Assembly (NCBI GenBank): GCA_963702025.1
Contig: OY969699.1
Location: 384,001-448,000, forward strand
From: an uncultured bacterium
GTDB lineage: Bacteria; Babelota; Babeliae; Babelales; Vermiphilaceae
Direction of reading: 5' to 3'
DNA: 64,000 nt
The notes below the pieces were generated by a model, which saw only the letters and a program-made list of their open reading frames with translations, was not told the origin of the DNA and searched no databases. The position numbers were made by a program, and so were the translations under genes. This document shows positions 1-9,842 of this stretch, one piece after another (position 1 is the first letter of the stretch; each line of letters starts with the position of its first letter).

Positions 1-2
1 CA

Positions 3-680
3 TTACCAGATTATCTCTCGAGAAAGGCGATACCGGCTCTGCTAAGCCATGAATATGAGGTTATTGCAAAACATTTACAGTGGCATTTTGCGAAGTTTGG
101 GAGCTTGCAATATTGTTTAGATATAGTTGACAATCTTCCGGTTGGGATCGAAATAAAGATTATTAAAATTCTAAAAAACTTACTCGACAAAAAAGATATG
201 GATGAGATTCACTATGCTGTTCAAGGAAAAGAAACAGATTTTTCAAAAAAACCATATTCTCAATTGTTCGTGATGCTTTTAAAGAGCACAGTTAAAAAGC
301 AATTCGAGAATGCAAGAAAATATGCATCATTGTGCAGCAATTATCCTTCACTCACTAAAGAATGTATTACTAAGATTCAATTGTACCTAACGCAGATTCC
401 ATTTCAATCAGATGAAGAAAAGAGGGAATGGAGGGAAATGCCAAACTGTATGTTAGGTATACTCAACGCAAGTAGACGATTCAAAGCAAATCAATCAAAT
501 GATGATCAGGAAAAAGAAATAGAAGAACGAAGAAAAGAAATAAAAGATTGCTGCGCTAAAATTGTGCTTAAAGAAGTGTTTGGCTTCATTGTTGATATAC
601 AAGAAAAATATCATGCAAGAGAGAGTGAGCCGAGTCCTCTTCAGTTAATTAAGGATTCTTTCTTACGGCGTAATTTATGA
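3..680 (+). CDS. Hypothetical protein, 5'-partial (frame open from window start)
   Basis: The frame of ORF 105..680 has no stop back to position 3. No recognisable motif. Overlaps the convergent uvrC 3' end by 40 nt. Confidence 0.55.
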   Translation, partial: LPDYLSRKAIPALLSHEYEVIAKHLQWHFAKFGSLQYCLDIVDNLPVGIEIKIIKILKNLLDKKDMDEIHYAVQGKETDFSKKPYSQLFVMLLKSTVKKQFENARKYASLCSNYPSLTKECITKIQLYLTQIPFQSDEEKREWREMPNCMLGILNASRRFKANQSNDDQEKEIEERRKEIKDCCAKIVLKEVFGFIVDIQEKYHARESEPSPLQLIKDSFLRRNL

Positions 681-2122
681 TAGGTGATAGCAAAGTGGTG
701 CGCATAGTCACGCAATGCGATAAGTAGTTGTCCGACGGGCGTATGAATATCCAGCTTTTTACCTTCAGGAAATGATGTGCTAAAAATTGTTTCTTCACGT
801 TTTGCCAAACTAATAATTGTTGCATTTGGCAATACCGCTTGTGCAGCGCTCAATTGACCTTTGCCCCCATCAATTAGTATCAAATCGGGAATTTCTTCAG
901 GATTACGATATCTGCGCGAGATAATTTCTTGCAAGGCAGCGTAATCATTTTGCGTTTGCAATGTTTTAATTTTGAATCGTCTAAAGTTATTTTTATCCGG
1001 CACGCCATTGCTAAAGCGGACACAGGAGCCCACGATATAGCTACTTTGAAAATGGGATATATCAAAACAATCGATGGTTCGATACACCTCGGTTCCCTCG
1101 GCACTCACCATGAACGGAGTATTTTCTTCTTCCATTCGTCCTGAGTTGGATTTACCAGGAGCATTTTCTTCTCCCGTTCGTGCTGACCTCTCGACTTCGC
1201 TCGAGACTAAAGGCCCAGCCTGCCGCGCCCGCCGAAGCTTTAGCGAAGGCTGGGTCGAAGCATCTCTCGACTCGCATAAACGCTCGCTCGAGACGAACGG
1301 GATTGGGGCATTTAAAAATGCCCCTAACTGTTCCAATGCCTCATCGCGTGGTTTTACCTTAGTTGGCGTTGTGGCCACAAAAATATCATGCTCATATTTT
1401 TTTTCATGAAAACGGGTGCGGATGGTTTCAAAAATGATATCAAGGTTTTCTAAATAACTTGCCAAGCGCCGCGAGCTTTCAAAAGCCATCACTTTGTTGT
1501 ATTCTTTAATTTTTTCTTTCAGATTTTTAATCGATTCTTTATGATTGCCTCGCAACACATCCATGGCAAGCTGCAACCTGAAGAGATATTCATTTTTATC
1601 AAAATTTTCCAAGCAGCTGCCCGCGCATTTGCCCAAGTGATAATCCAGGCACCCATTGGCTATTTTTTTATTGCAGAGATTTAATCGAAACGTTTCACTT
1701 AAATAGGCTGCCACGCCTCGCGCTTGGCGCTTATGCAAAAATGGGCCAAAATAGGTCCCTTTTTTGCGCTTATTACGCACGAGTTCTATGATCGGAAGCT
1801 CGGCACTGGTAGTAAATAAGATGTATAAAAATGGCTGCCCTTCTTTGAGCAAGACATTATATTTAGGCTGATGTTCTTTGACCATTTGGGCCTCAAGAAG
1901 GAGGGCCTCAGTCTCATTTTTGGTCAAAATATAATCAAGGCCGGCATATTCCTCAATGAGTGCTGCTACCTTCCAATCATACCCCTTTTGAAAATAGGAG
2001 TTCACCCTATGGGCCAAATTTTTGGCTTTGCCAACATAGAGTACCTGCCCATCTTTATCCTTAAAATAATAGATGCCGGCAGCTTTGGGAATGGTATTTA
2101 TATGTTTTTTAGGAATAGCCAT
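641..2122 (-). CDS. uvrC: Excinuclease ABC subunit C with an in-frame palindromic-repeat insertion; lacks the C-terminal HhH domain
   Basis: GIY-YIG motif (GIYYFKD...YVGKAKNL...RV.SYF), Cys cluster (CLDYHLGKCAGSC) and RNase H-like motifs (IDCFDISH, LIDGGKGQ, LRDYAHHFA). Confidence 0.95.
   Translation of the reverse strand: MAIPKKHINTIPKAAGIYYFKDKDGQVLYVGKAKNLAHRVNSYFQKGYDWKVAALIEEYAGLDYILTKNETEALLLEAQMVKEHQPKYNVLLKEGQPFLYILFTTSAELPIIELVRNKRKKGTYFGPFLHKRQARGVAAYLSETFRLNLCNKKIANGCLDYHLGKCAGSCLENFDKNEYLFRLQLAMDVLRGNHKESIKNLKEKIKEYNKVMAFESSRRLASYLENLDIIFETIRTRFHEKKYEHDIFVATTPTKVKPRDEALEQLGAFLNAPIPFVSSERLCESRDASTQPSLKLRRARQAGPLVSSEVERSARTGEENAPGKSNSGRMEEENTPFMVSAEGTEVYRTIDCFDISHFQSSYIVGSCVRFSNGVPDKNNFRRFKIKTLQTQNDYAALQEIISRRYRNPEEIPDLILIDGGKGQLSAAQAVLPNATIISLAKREETIFSTSFPEGKKLDIHTPVGQLLIALRDYAHHFAITYHKLRRKKESLIN
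1074..1302. repeat. Nested cluster of REP-like palindromic elements inside uvrC
   Basis: 1074-1117 matches the intergenic copies at 48843 and 59780. 10-bp inverted repeat at 1172-1181/1293-1302. GCCGAAGCTTTAGCGAAGGC unit. 29-bp direct repeat at 1116-1144/1158-1186. Confidence 0.85.
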
Positions 2123-2144
2123 TTTTGCCTCATTTTTAACTATT

Positions 2145-2172
2145 AAGATAGCAAAATTTGCATATTTGTCAA
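2145..2172 (-). promoter_or_regulatory. Sigma70-like promoter for uvrC
   Basis: TTGACA-N16-TATCTT with an extended TG on the minus strand. Confidence 0.5.
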
Positions 2173-2284
2173 AAATGCAAAAATAATAAAATATCTAAAA
2201 GTGAGTTATTTTATTGTTCTTTGATTCAAATTTGCTATTCTAGGAAATAGTTAATTTTTTAATCATCATCAAGTTAGGGGTTTT

Positions 2285-4366
2285 ATGCTTAAATGTCTGT
2301 CTTTTCGCCTTCTCGCAATATACATTGGATTAATGCATTCGGTTGCTATGCTGGCGGTAACACCTAAAGCTAATTCAAGGCCGATTACTTATCAAGAAAT
2401 TGGTGACTTGTATGTGAGTTCTTTTGGTGTTATCCAGGATCAAAAGCCACGAGACTTGGAAAATAATACTCAACAGAAATCCAAAAAATTAAATCTTACA
2501 ATTCCTGTTTTGAGTGATCATGAAAAGCGACAAATGCTTTTTGAAATCATGGCAAAAAGAAAAGATTCGGATGCTCAAGAATCTGCATATTCTGATGCTA
2601 TACGCATTATGTTAAAGGACCTTGATGCTTATTATGGTTTTGGCAAAGATTCCAAAGAAACTCTGATGAGCCATTTAAATTATACTGATACTACTTTTGG
2701 TGAAGTGCAACTTGCTTATTTATTGGCGCATCCAGTCGCAGATAATTCATTGCTTCAAAAGCGTCAATCTTTCATTGAAGAGTTAGTTTCTAATGAAGAA
2801 TTATGCAATGAACTTGATGCCATTTTAAATCAAGTAAAAAAAGCCGAATCAGGATTCTTTTCATTTAAAAAATCTGAAGATCCTGTTACGGGCGAATTCA
2901 TTCAAAAACTTTACTGGTCTAAATTGCCTGACTGGCTCAATAAAAGCCCTCATGCGATGGAAGCTTCTATCCGCCTAAAGAACTTTGGAACTTTCTTCGA
3001 AGCGGGTGGCGGATTGCCATTCTCAATAGGCATTATGAGCTTATGTCTCGCCGCATCAAATTACATGGAACGCCGGGCTGCCGGAGAGAATGTTTCTTAT
3101 GGCACGGTTCTCAAAGAAGGTTGGACAGCGACAAAATTATTTGCCAGTGGTATTTGTGATGCAATAAAAAATCCACCTTCAGACCCTGCAAAAAGACAGC
3201 AACTATATTTGGTCCTGGGTGGTGGTGCGGCATATATTACTTTCATATTGGCCGTTCAAGCATATCAAACAAAAGTTGCCATAGGCAATGCGCGAGAGAT
3301 TCGGGACACTATCAATTATATGCAGACTCGTTTAGGCGATGTTGCAAGTATTGTTGAAGCTTCTCAGCAATTACAACGTATTGCAAGCGAAAATACAGCT
3401 ATGGCGTCAGGGGTCTTCAGCATTGGCAACCTTGGCCGGTTGTTGCATGGATCATCACGTTCTCAAGAATTTGCGCAACTTATTGATTTGCTGCAAACCA
3501 ATACTTTTAAAGGATCCGCTTCATTCTTTTCTCTTTCCGGGCGTGTTCTTGCCGCATATCGCTTAATGAATGAAGAAAAAGATAATTTTGCACCGGCACT
3601 TGCTGCTCTTGGTGAAATTGATGCATGCCTTTCAATGGCAAAATTATACAAAAAAATGCGCAATGAGCGGGCACAGGTAAGCTTTGCAACATTTGTTAAG
3701 ACCGCAAAGCCATACATCAAGCTAACTGATTTCTGGAACCCATTTATTAACCCTAATGTGGTGGTAACTAATTCTTTGGAACTTGGTGATGGCACCGATG
3801 TTTCCAAAATTATCTTGACCGGTTCTAATACCGGGGGCAAATCGACAATTCTCAAAGCGATACTTATTAATATGCTTACCATTCATACATTTGGATTTGG
3901 ATTTGCATCGGAATGTGTTGTATCTCCACTCTCATTCATCGGCAGTTATTTGCGAGTGAATGATGATGTTGCATCGGGCGAATCGAAATTTAAGGCTGAA
4001 GTAATGCGTGCTAAAATGCTTTGTGAAACCATGGAATCATTGCCCAGGGATCAATTTGGATTTGTGGTTATCGATGAACTTTTTACTGGAACAGGCTCTG
4101 AAAAGGCTGCTGTTGCTGCTTCTAAGGTTGCACAAAAATTAGCAACACTTGAAAACAACCTGTATATTTTAGCAACACATTTTCCACAATTGACTGAGCT
4201 TGCTAAAAATAATCCGGGTATTATTAAAAACTATAAAGTTGATGTTTACAAAGATGAAGCGGGTAATCTCGTGCGGCCATTCAAACTTGAACTTGGCATT
4301 AGTACCAATAATATTGCTAATGATATTTTGAATGAAGAAATCAGAGATATCGATTTTAGTATTTAG
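2285..4366 (+). CDS. MutS-related ATPase (domain V) with a signal-like N-terminus and internal hydrophobic segments
   Basis: Walker A GSNTGGKST, SKFKAE, Walker B VVIDELFTGT and ILATHF. No mismatch-binding domain I seen. Confidence 0.85.
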   Translation: MLKCLSFRLLAIYIGLMHSVAMLAVTPKANSRPITYQEIGDLYVSSFGVIQDQKPRDLENNTQQKSKKLNLTIPVLSDHEKRQMLFEIMAKRKDSDAQESAYSDAIRIMLKDLDAYYGFGKDSKETLMSHLNYTDTTFGEVQLAYLLAHPVADNSLLQKRQSFIEELVSNEELCNELDAILNQVKKAESGFFSFKKSEDPVTGEFIQKLYWSKLPDWLNKSPHAMEASIRLKNFGTFFEAGGGLPFSIGIMSLCLAASNYMERRAAGENVSYGTVLKEGWTATKLFASGICDAIKNPPSDPAKRQQLYLVLGGGAAYITFILAVQAYQTKVAIGNAREIRDTINYMQTRLGDVASIVEASQQLQRIASENTAMASGVFSIGNLGRLLHGSSRSQEFAQLIDLLQTNTFKGSASFFSLSGRVLAAYRLMNEEKDNFAPALAALGEIDACLSMAKLYKKMRNERAQVSFATFVKTAKPYIKLTDFWNPFINPNVVVTNSLELGDGTDVSKIILTGSNTGGKSTILKAILINMLTIHTFGFGFASECVVSPLSFIGSYLRVNDDVASGESKFKAEVMRAKMLCETMESLPRDQFGFVVIDELFTGTGSEKAAVAASKVAQKLATLENNLYILATHFPQLTELAKNNPGIIKNYKVDVYKDEAGNLVRPFKLELGISTNNIANDILNEEIRDIDFSI

Positions 4367-4386
4367 TGAGAAATTTATGTAATAAG

Positions 4387-4412
4387 AAGGGCTCTTAACC
4401 GAGCCCTTTTTT
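4387..4412 (+). terminator. Intrinsic terminator between convergent genes
   Basis: AAGGGCTC-ttaacc-GAGCCCTT followed by a T-tract. Confidence 0.7.
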
Positions 4413-5502
4413 ATGCATCGTGAACAATGTGCCATTGCGTATGCGGTAGGCGAGCATTCTGTTTTGCAGCGTCGAGTAATGATCTGCCTTCTTGTGCGAG
4501 CTTTTTATTGTGCGGCAGTCCATACCCCTCTAAAAATGCGCTTGTTGCTTGCGCAAAAACTTTTTTGGTACTCAAGTGGCTATGTTTGATAGTAGGATCT
4601 TTAATTACCAAGAGATAAACTTGACGGTTGCCACTTGCTTGAATTTGTTCAATCAATCTTTGCATATCAGCATTGGAGTAATAGGCATCATTATCAAGGT
4701 GCGCGATAAAAATTGGCAGATTTGGTTTTATAGTGCTCAAATCGGCATGCGGTAGATGAAGCGGATTTTTTACATCTTTAAAATACCATTGCACGATCGA
4801 TTTCATGTCAACCGGTAGCCATTGGCCATACTGATTTTCCAGATTGCGAATCATTCTTTTAGAGTCAATAAACGGTGATTCTAAAATGAGTGCTTTCACC
4901 TCGGGCGCAGGATTGCGGGCAAGAAATTCGAGCGTAATTTTGGCCCCGATGCAGGTAGCAGCAATAATAACGGGCGCTTTTGGATTGTCTTTAATGAGCT
5001 GATTATAGACAAATTCCAAGCATTGAATATTTATGCCTTGCCCAAAATCAAAATAATCTCTGCCGTAATAATAATCAAATGTCACCAAAGGACTGTTTAT
5101 GATACCATTTTTAATCCAAGGGTTCGCTGATCGCAGTGCATGACCCTTTTGGCCGTGCCACATGCGTCCCCAGAAATCTCCGCGCGGACCAGAGTGAATA
5201 AATAGAGGGATTTTAACGTTTTTTGGCAGCCCTTTATGAAAAGTCCATAAAGGATTAGTGGGATTCATTTTAAATTCAATGGTGCCGGCGGCAGGCATTA
5301 GGCCTCTTTGTTTATAGTTCTCAAAGAGATTGGGAATGGTAGTTGTTGGTGGAAATATTGCTTTTTTTGCCGGGGTTACAAAATAGGCATTCAGGTTTTC
5401 CAAAGATGGAACTATCTTTGGCTGCGCATTCATAGTGCTGAACGTGGTAATTAGTGAACCGATGAGAAAAAATAACTTATAAGAATTGTTATCGATAGAC
5501 AT
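4411..5502 (-). CDS. Exported alpha/beta-hydrolase-fold protein
   Basis: Signal peptide, nucleophile-elbow-like ATCIG, LILESPF and a C-terminal His (KHSH). Confidence 0.6.
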   Translation of the reverse strand: MSIDNNSYKLFFLIGSLITTFSTMNAQPKIVPSLENLNAYFVTPAKKAIFPPTTTIPNLFENYKQRGLMPAAGTIEFKMNPTNPLWTFHKGLPKNVKIPLFIHSGPRGDFWGRMWHGQKGHALRSANPWIKNGIINSPLVTFDYYYGRDYFDFGQGINIQCLEFVYNQLIKDNPKAPVIIAATCIGAKITLEFLARNPAPEVKALILESPFIDSKRMIRNLENQYGQWLPVDMKSIVQWYFKDVKNPLHLPHADLSTIKPNLPIFIAHLDNDAYYSNADMQRLIEQIQASGNRQVYLLVIKDPTIKHSHLSTKKVFAQATSAFLEGYGLPHNKKLAQEGRSLLDAAKQNARLPHTQWHIVHDA

Positions 5503-5675
5503 AAATTGACCTCCAAAGTTTCTCTATAATCAGATTAACAGAAACTATTTGTTAGTCAAAAAAATGGCTGACTTATTAGGTTTTGATTGAATAAAAATCA
5601 ATAAAGTTCAATTTGAAAATATTTATATGGTATTATGAGTGAAGGAAAAGATTGTTGCTAATAAAGGGAAAAGTA

Positions 5676-6938
5676 ATGAAAAAGTGTATTATAACAAGAT
5701 TTTTGATTATCAGTAGCTTATTCTTGGTCGACATGATGCCTGCAGGGCTAAAGGTGCTCCCGGCAGGAAACTACTTATTTTCGGTGGCCCCAGGGTCTTT
5801 TGAGATGCCTGCCGGCGATCGACGCTATGACCATGTTTGTTGGCTCGCTTCACATAATGCTTATGCAGCTGAGCATTATGGCTATATTTATGCCAATCAA
5901 ACATATACGTTTAGCGAACAACTTGAACATGGCGTTCGTCAATTTGAGCTTGATATTGAAAAAAGATGCTGGGATAAAACGCTTGGGGTACTTGGTTCTT
6001 CAGGCTGCACAGTGAGTATGTGTCATGGTAGTTGTGAGGTTAACAAATTTATTCAACCTAAAGTATCCGGCATCCTTGAAAAAACCGGTGATCCGTTGGG
6101 TATGAAAACGTCAGCTCTTGTAGTATTTAAAGATTTTTTAAATAAATACCCGGGTGAAATTATTACCATAACTATTGAAAATCGTGTTACTGAGCCGGGA
6201 TTATTGGATAAACAATTTGAAGATGCCGGCGTTCAGGATATGGTGCTCAAGCCAACTGATTGGAATCCTATTCAACAAAAAGGTTGGCCAACTTTGGATT
6301 GGTTAAGAAAAAACAATAAGCGCTTGATAGTATTTAATGATAAAGAGGCCGCCGGACAAAGATTCAATACAAGCTTGCCATTTGCGGCTACCAAATATAC
6401 CTATTTTCAATGGGCATGCTTTGCACAAAATCAATGGGCTGGTGCTTCAGCAAAACGCCTCGAAGATGTTGCAATGTTAGAAAGAAAAGCATCCGAGAAT
6501 CAAGGGCAGATCACTAAGTACCTATTTGAATTGGATTATTTTGCCGATGGTGCCAAAATTATAGGAACGGTGCCAACTGATCTGATTGTTAAAATTGCCG
6601 GCGCACTTGGCAAACAAACTCCTTTTAGAGGCGACTACAGAGTTGTTAATAATGCCGAATTGCGCAAATTGTTAGAGATGGTGCTCGCACGAGGATTAAG
6701 CACGGGTATTGCAAAGGGCCGTTATCCAAATTTTATAAAAGTTGACTATATTGAAGAGGGAAATCCTCTTGCATTAGTAAATGAAATTAATGCAAAAGCA
6801 AATGATCCGGCAGTGCGTGAAATTATGTTTAGACCAATATTTTCACCCGAGAGAGAACGCGAATACAATGCTGCCATTGCCGGTGGCATGAAGCCAATTG
6901 ATGCGCTTAAAATGATGCGAGACAAATATAAGGTATAA
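5676..6938 (+). CDS. Secreted PI-PLC X-domain-like phosphodiesterase
   Basis: WLASHNAYA, NQ...QLEHGVRQFELDI, CHG and FL..YPGEII motifs, plus a signal peptide. Confidence 0.75.
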   Translation: MKKCIITRFLIISSLFLVDMMPAGLKVLPAGNYLFSVAPGSFEMPAGDRRYDHVCWLASHNAYAAEHYGYIYANQTYTFSEQLEHGVRQFELDIEKRCWDKTLGVLGSSGCTVSMCHGSCEVNKFIQPKVSGILEKTGDPLGMKTSALVVFKDFLNKYPGEIITITIENRVTEPGLLDKQFEDAGVQDMVLKPTDWNPIQQKGWPTLDWLRKNNKRLIVFNDKEAAGQRFNTSLPFAATKYTYFQWACFAQNQWAGASAKRLEDVAMLERKASENQGQITKYLFELDYFADGAKIIGTVPTDLIVKIAGALGKQTPFRGDYRVVNNAELRKLLEMVLARGLSTGIAKGRYPNFIKVDYIEEGNPLALVNEINAKANDPAVREIMFRPIFSPEREREYNAAIAGGMKPIDALKMMRDKYKV

Positions 6939-7044
6939 AAAATTAAGCACAAATTTACCTTATAGATAAAAACATTTATATTGAATACTGTTCCTTACTA
7001 ATTATTAATTTTTCTTCGCATTACTTTTTACGAGGTTTTTTACA

Positions 7045-8241
7045 ATGCTCTATAAATTTCGCTATGCCATTTTTGCTGTTTCATGTTTAGTTGTTGGATG
7101 GAGTGGCTATAAAGTTTACAATTATTTTTTTGATTACACAGTGCCCATCATAACGCTTGACGGTATTGAAAATGAGAATTGTTATGCGGGAGAAATTTCA
7201 TGCAAGGTGGTGAGTAATAAAAAAGGTGATTTATCAGTGTGGCTTGATGGACAGCCGCTTATCAGTAACTATCGATTAAGCATGCGTGAACATGAACATC
7301 CATTTATTATCCCCTCAAAAACAATTAATAACGGTAAGCATACAATCAAAATTGAACTTGTGGATGCGTCATTTGCAAAAAATAAAGTTCTTATTGAGCG
7401 ACCATTTTTAGTTGATAACATTCCCCTGCAAGCAGCATTTGTGCGTTCAGAGGCAGATTATAAAGTGTTCCAAGGGCGCACGTTACATTTACAAGTTCAA
7501 GCGAATAAGGAAGTAAAAGAAGCAAAGGTGCGAGCCTTATCAAATGAATTTGATTGTTTTCCTGAATCAAAAAATTCTTCAATTTATGAATGTTTTGTTC
7601 CTATATCTTGCGAAGAAGCCCCCAACGAATATTTGCTCAATGTTGAAATTGTGGATAAAGTTGGCAATGCGCTTAATTTAGAAAGCAAATTTCAAGTAGT
7701 TCTCTTTCCCTTTAAAAAGCAAACGTTGCAAGTAAGTGATGAAAAAATGACAGAAGAAAAAGCACTGGGAGCAGATTCAGCTAAACTTGAAATGGTGATG
7801 GAAGAATTATTAAAAAAATCACCGCATGATAAATTATGGCGCGGACCATTTTGCACACCAATAGATGTTGCGCGTGTTACCTGTGATTTTGGCACTATCC
7901 GCACCACGCAAGAAAAAGGACGATACGCACATAAAGGTTTAGATATTGCTAACGCACCACGCTCGGTGGTCTGGGCGCCGCAAGATGGCATAGTAGTACA
8001 CAAAGAGCGTTACGCATTTTCGGGTAATACGGTGATTATTGATCATGGATGGGGAATATTTTCTTTGTTCTTTCATCTTGATAATTTTGCCGATATTAAT
8101 GTTGGCCAAAAGCTTGCAAAGGGTAATCCGGTGGGCACATTAGGAAAAACCGGTTATGCAACGGGTTATCATTTACATTGGGAAATGAGAGTGAACAATG
8201 TGCAAGTTGATCCGATGCAATGGACCAAGATAAGTTTTTAA
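7045..8241 (+). CDS. M23 family metallopeptidase, membrane anchored
   Basis: HKGLD and HLH zinc motifs, GNTVIIDHG, N-terminal TM segment. Confidence 0.9.
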   Translation: MLYKFRYAIFAVSCLVVGWSGYKVYNYFFDYTVPIITLDGIENENCYAGEISCKVVSNKKGDLSVWLDGQPLISNYRLSMREHEHPFIIPSKTINNGKHTIKIELVDASFAKNKVLIERPFLVDNIPLQAAFVRSEADYKVFQGRTLHLQVQANKEVKEAKVRALSNEFDCFPESKNSSIYECFVPISCEEAPNEYLLNVEIVDKVGNALNLESKFQVVLFPFKKQTLQVSDEKMTEEKALGADSAKLEMVMEELLKKSPHDKLWRGPFCTPIDVARVTCDFGTIRTTQEKGRYAHKGLDIANAPRSVVWAPQDGIVVHKERYAFSGNTVIIDHGWGIFSLFFHLDNFADINVGQKLAKGNPVGTLGKTGYATGYHLHWEMRVNNVQVDPMQWTKISF

Positions 8242-8259
8242 AATTAGGAGAGTAGAAGA

Positions 8260-8793
8260 ATGAATGTAAAAAGTGCATATTGGTGGTTCTTGGCGCAGTC
8301 GATGCTGCGGTTGTATCTTTTAGCCTTAGCGCTGATTTTATGCGCCGGATGTTGCTGGTGGTATTTTGTATATCAACCATTAGCACGCTCGATAGTTTAT
8401 GGAGAAAGAAACGTTGATCAACTTCTTGCCCAACTAGTTGTTGCCAAAAATAGCCGTCGTGAATTAGCAACACTTACCAAAAAAATTTCTGAATTAAAAA
8501 AAAGCTCCACTTTGCAATGGCAAAAAAAATCGGTTCATGAAATTCGCCAAGAATCATTAGCATTTCTTGCTGATAGCGCTCTTGAAGTTGGCATGCAGAT
8601 CCAAGCATGTCGTTTGATGCAAGATCACACAAAAAATAAAATCACTTTTACCAGTCAAGGAACTTTTGACCAAATTATTCTTTTTTTTGAAAAAATAAAA
8701 AAAGAGTCACAAATCTTTGGCTGCCAAATGATTCAAATAGCGCGCACTACGGGCGAGGGAAACATTTTGCACGCCGTTTTTGAAATTGTTTAA
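8260..8793 (+). CDS. PilO/GspM-like type IV pilus/T2SS inner-membrane component
   Basis: N-terminal TM, coiled coil and a GTFDQIILFF segment resembling PilO. Confidence 0.5.
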   Translation: MNVKSAYWWFLAQSMLRLYLLALALILCAGCCWWYFVYQPLARSIVYGERNVDQLLAQLVVAKNSRRELATLTKKISELKKSSTLQWQKKSVHEIRQESLAFLADSALEVGMQIQACRLMQDHTKNKITFTSQGTFDQIILFFEKIKKESQIFGCQMIQIARTTGEGNILHAVFEIV

Positions 8794-8955
8794 AAAATAA
8801 AAGACCCTTCAACTGGATAGCTGAAGGGTTAGGGGGGTGAACAATACGAAGAAGTATTGTTCATTAGGGACATTGTTAAAATTTTTATTTCATTGAAAAA
8901 ATTCTTAGTTTGGGATGATCCTAGCAACCGGCACAAAAGTTGTCAAGAAAAAAAC

Positions 8956-9762
8956 TTATGCCGGTGCTAAGAAATCTTGAGCCGCTTTGCAACCGGATTT
9001 TGCCAAGCGGTATGCTTGCTCGTATAACAGTATGCGAAGAATTACATCAGCACAACTTTTTTGCCCGAGTTGAGCAAATGAACTCCAGCATAGTGTATGA
9101 AGTGAGTCCATACTGCCATTGATAATTCCTTTGCAAATATCACTTGAAAGCCATTCATTATTTATCCACGATTTTTGGCAAGATTGAACAGGCGAATTTT
9201 TTTGACGCGCAAGAAACTGCGCAGATAAATCCAATGCGGTTTGCAATCCAATTGCTTGTGCCATGGCAAATGATATGTTGCATATATAATTATTTTGAGC
9301 AATGTAGGAAAGGCCCAAGCATGCTGCTGCAAACGTGCATTGAGCAGTCTTGCATAGCATAGGATTTTTCAATAACTTAGCAACGGTGCTATTTGCTTCT
9401 TCGCCCAAGGCATAACTTGTGCCGGATGCAATAGTTTGGACTAATTCCGGATCACAAAAATCGCAACGGCTCAGAAGCAAAAATCCCGTTCCGGTGGTTA
9501 AGGCCCACCATGATACTTTGCTTGCAAGAATACTCACAATAACAGGAATTCCTTTAGTTTTGCAGACATCGGCACATAATTTCCCCGAAGCTTGTATATC
9601 TTCAAGTGATATCGTTTTGCCTTCAGTCAATAGTTCAGGAATTGCGCTTACGGTAAATTGTCCGGTAGCATTTAAGGGATCAATTACGGTTCCGGGTGCC
9701 ATTGCAGATAGAGGAATGCTAAAAAATATTAGAAAAGTGAGAAAAAAATGTTTGAAACCCAT
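8956..9762 (-). CDS. Secreted/membrane hypothetical protein (SP-Met class)
   Basis: GGAGG RBS, signal peptide ending LSA|MAP, internal hydrophobic segments. Confidence 0.6.
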   Translation of the reverse strand: MGFKHFFLTFLIFFSIPLSAMAPGTVIDPLNATGQFTVSAIPELLTEGKTISLEDIQASGKLCADVCKTKGIPVIVSILASKVSWWALTTGTGFLLLSRCDFCDPELVQTIASGTSYALGEEANSTVAKLLKNPMLCKTAQCTFAAACLGLSYIAQNNYICNISFAMAQAIGLQTALDLSAQFLARQKNSPVQSCQKSWINNEWLSSDICKGIINGSMDSLHTLCWSSFAQLGQKSCADVILRILLYEQAYRLAKSGCKAAQDFLAPA

Positions 9763-9842
9763 AAAAACCTCCACAATTAGTTTTAGGTACTTTTAAGAAT
9801 ACCAGAAATATAATCATTGTCAAAAATTGACAAACAGAATTA

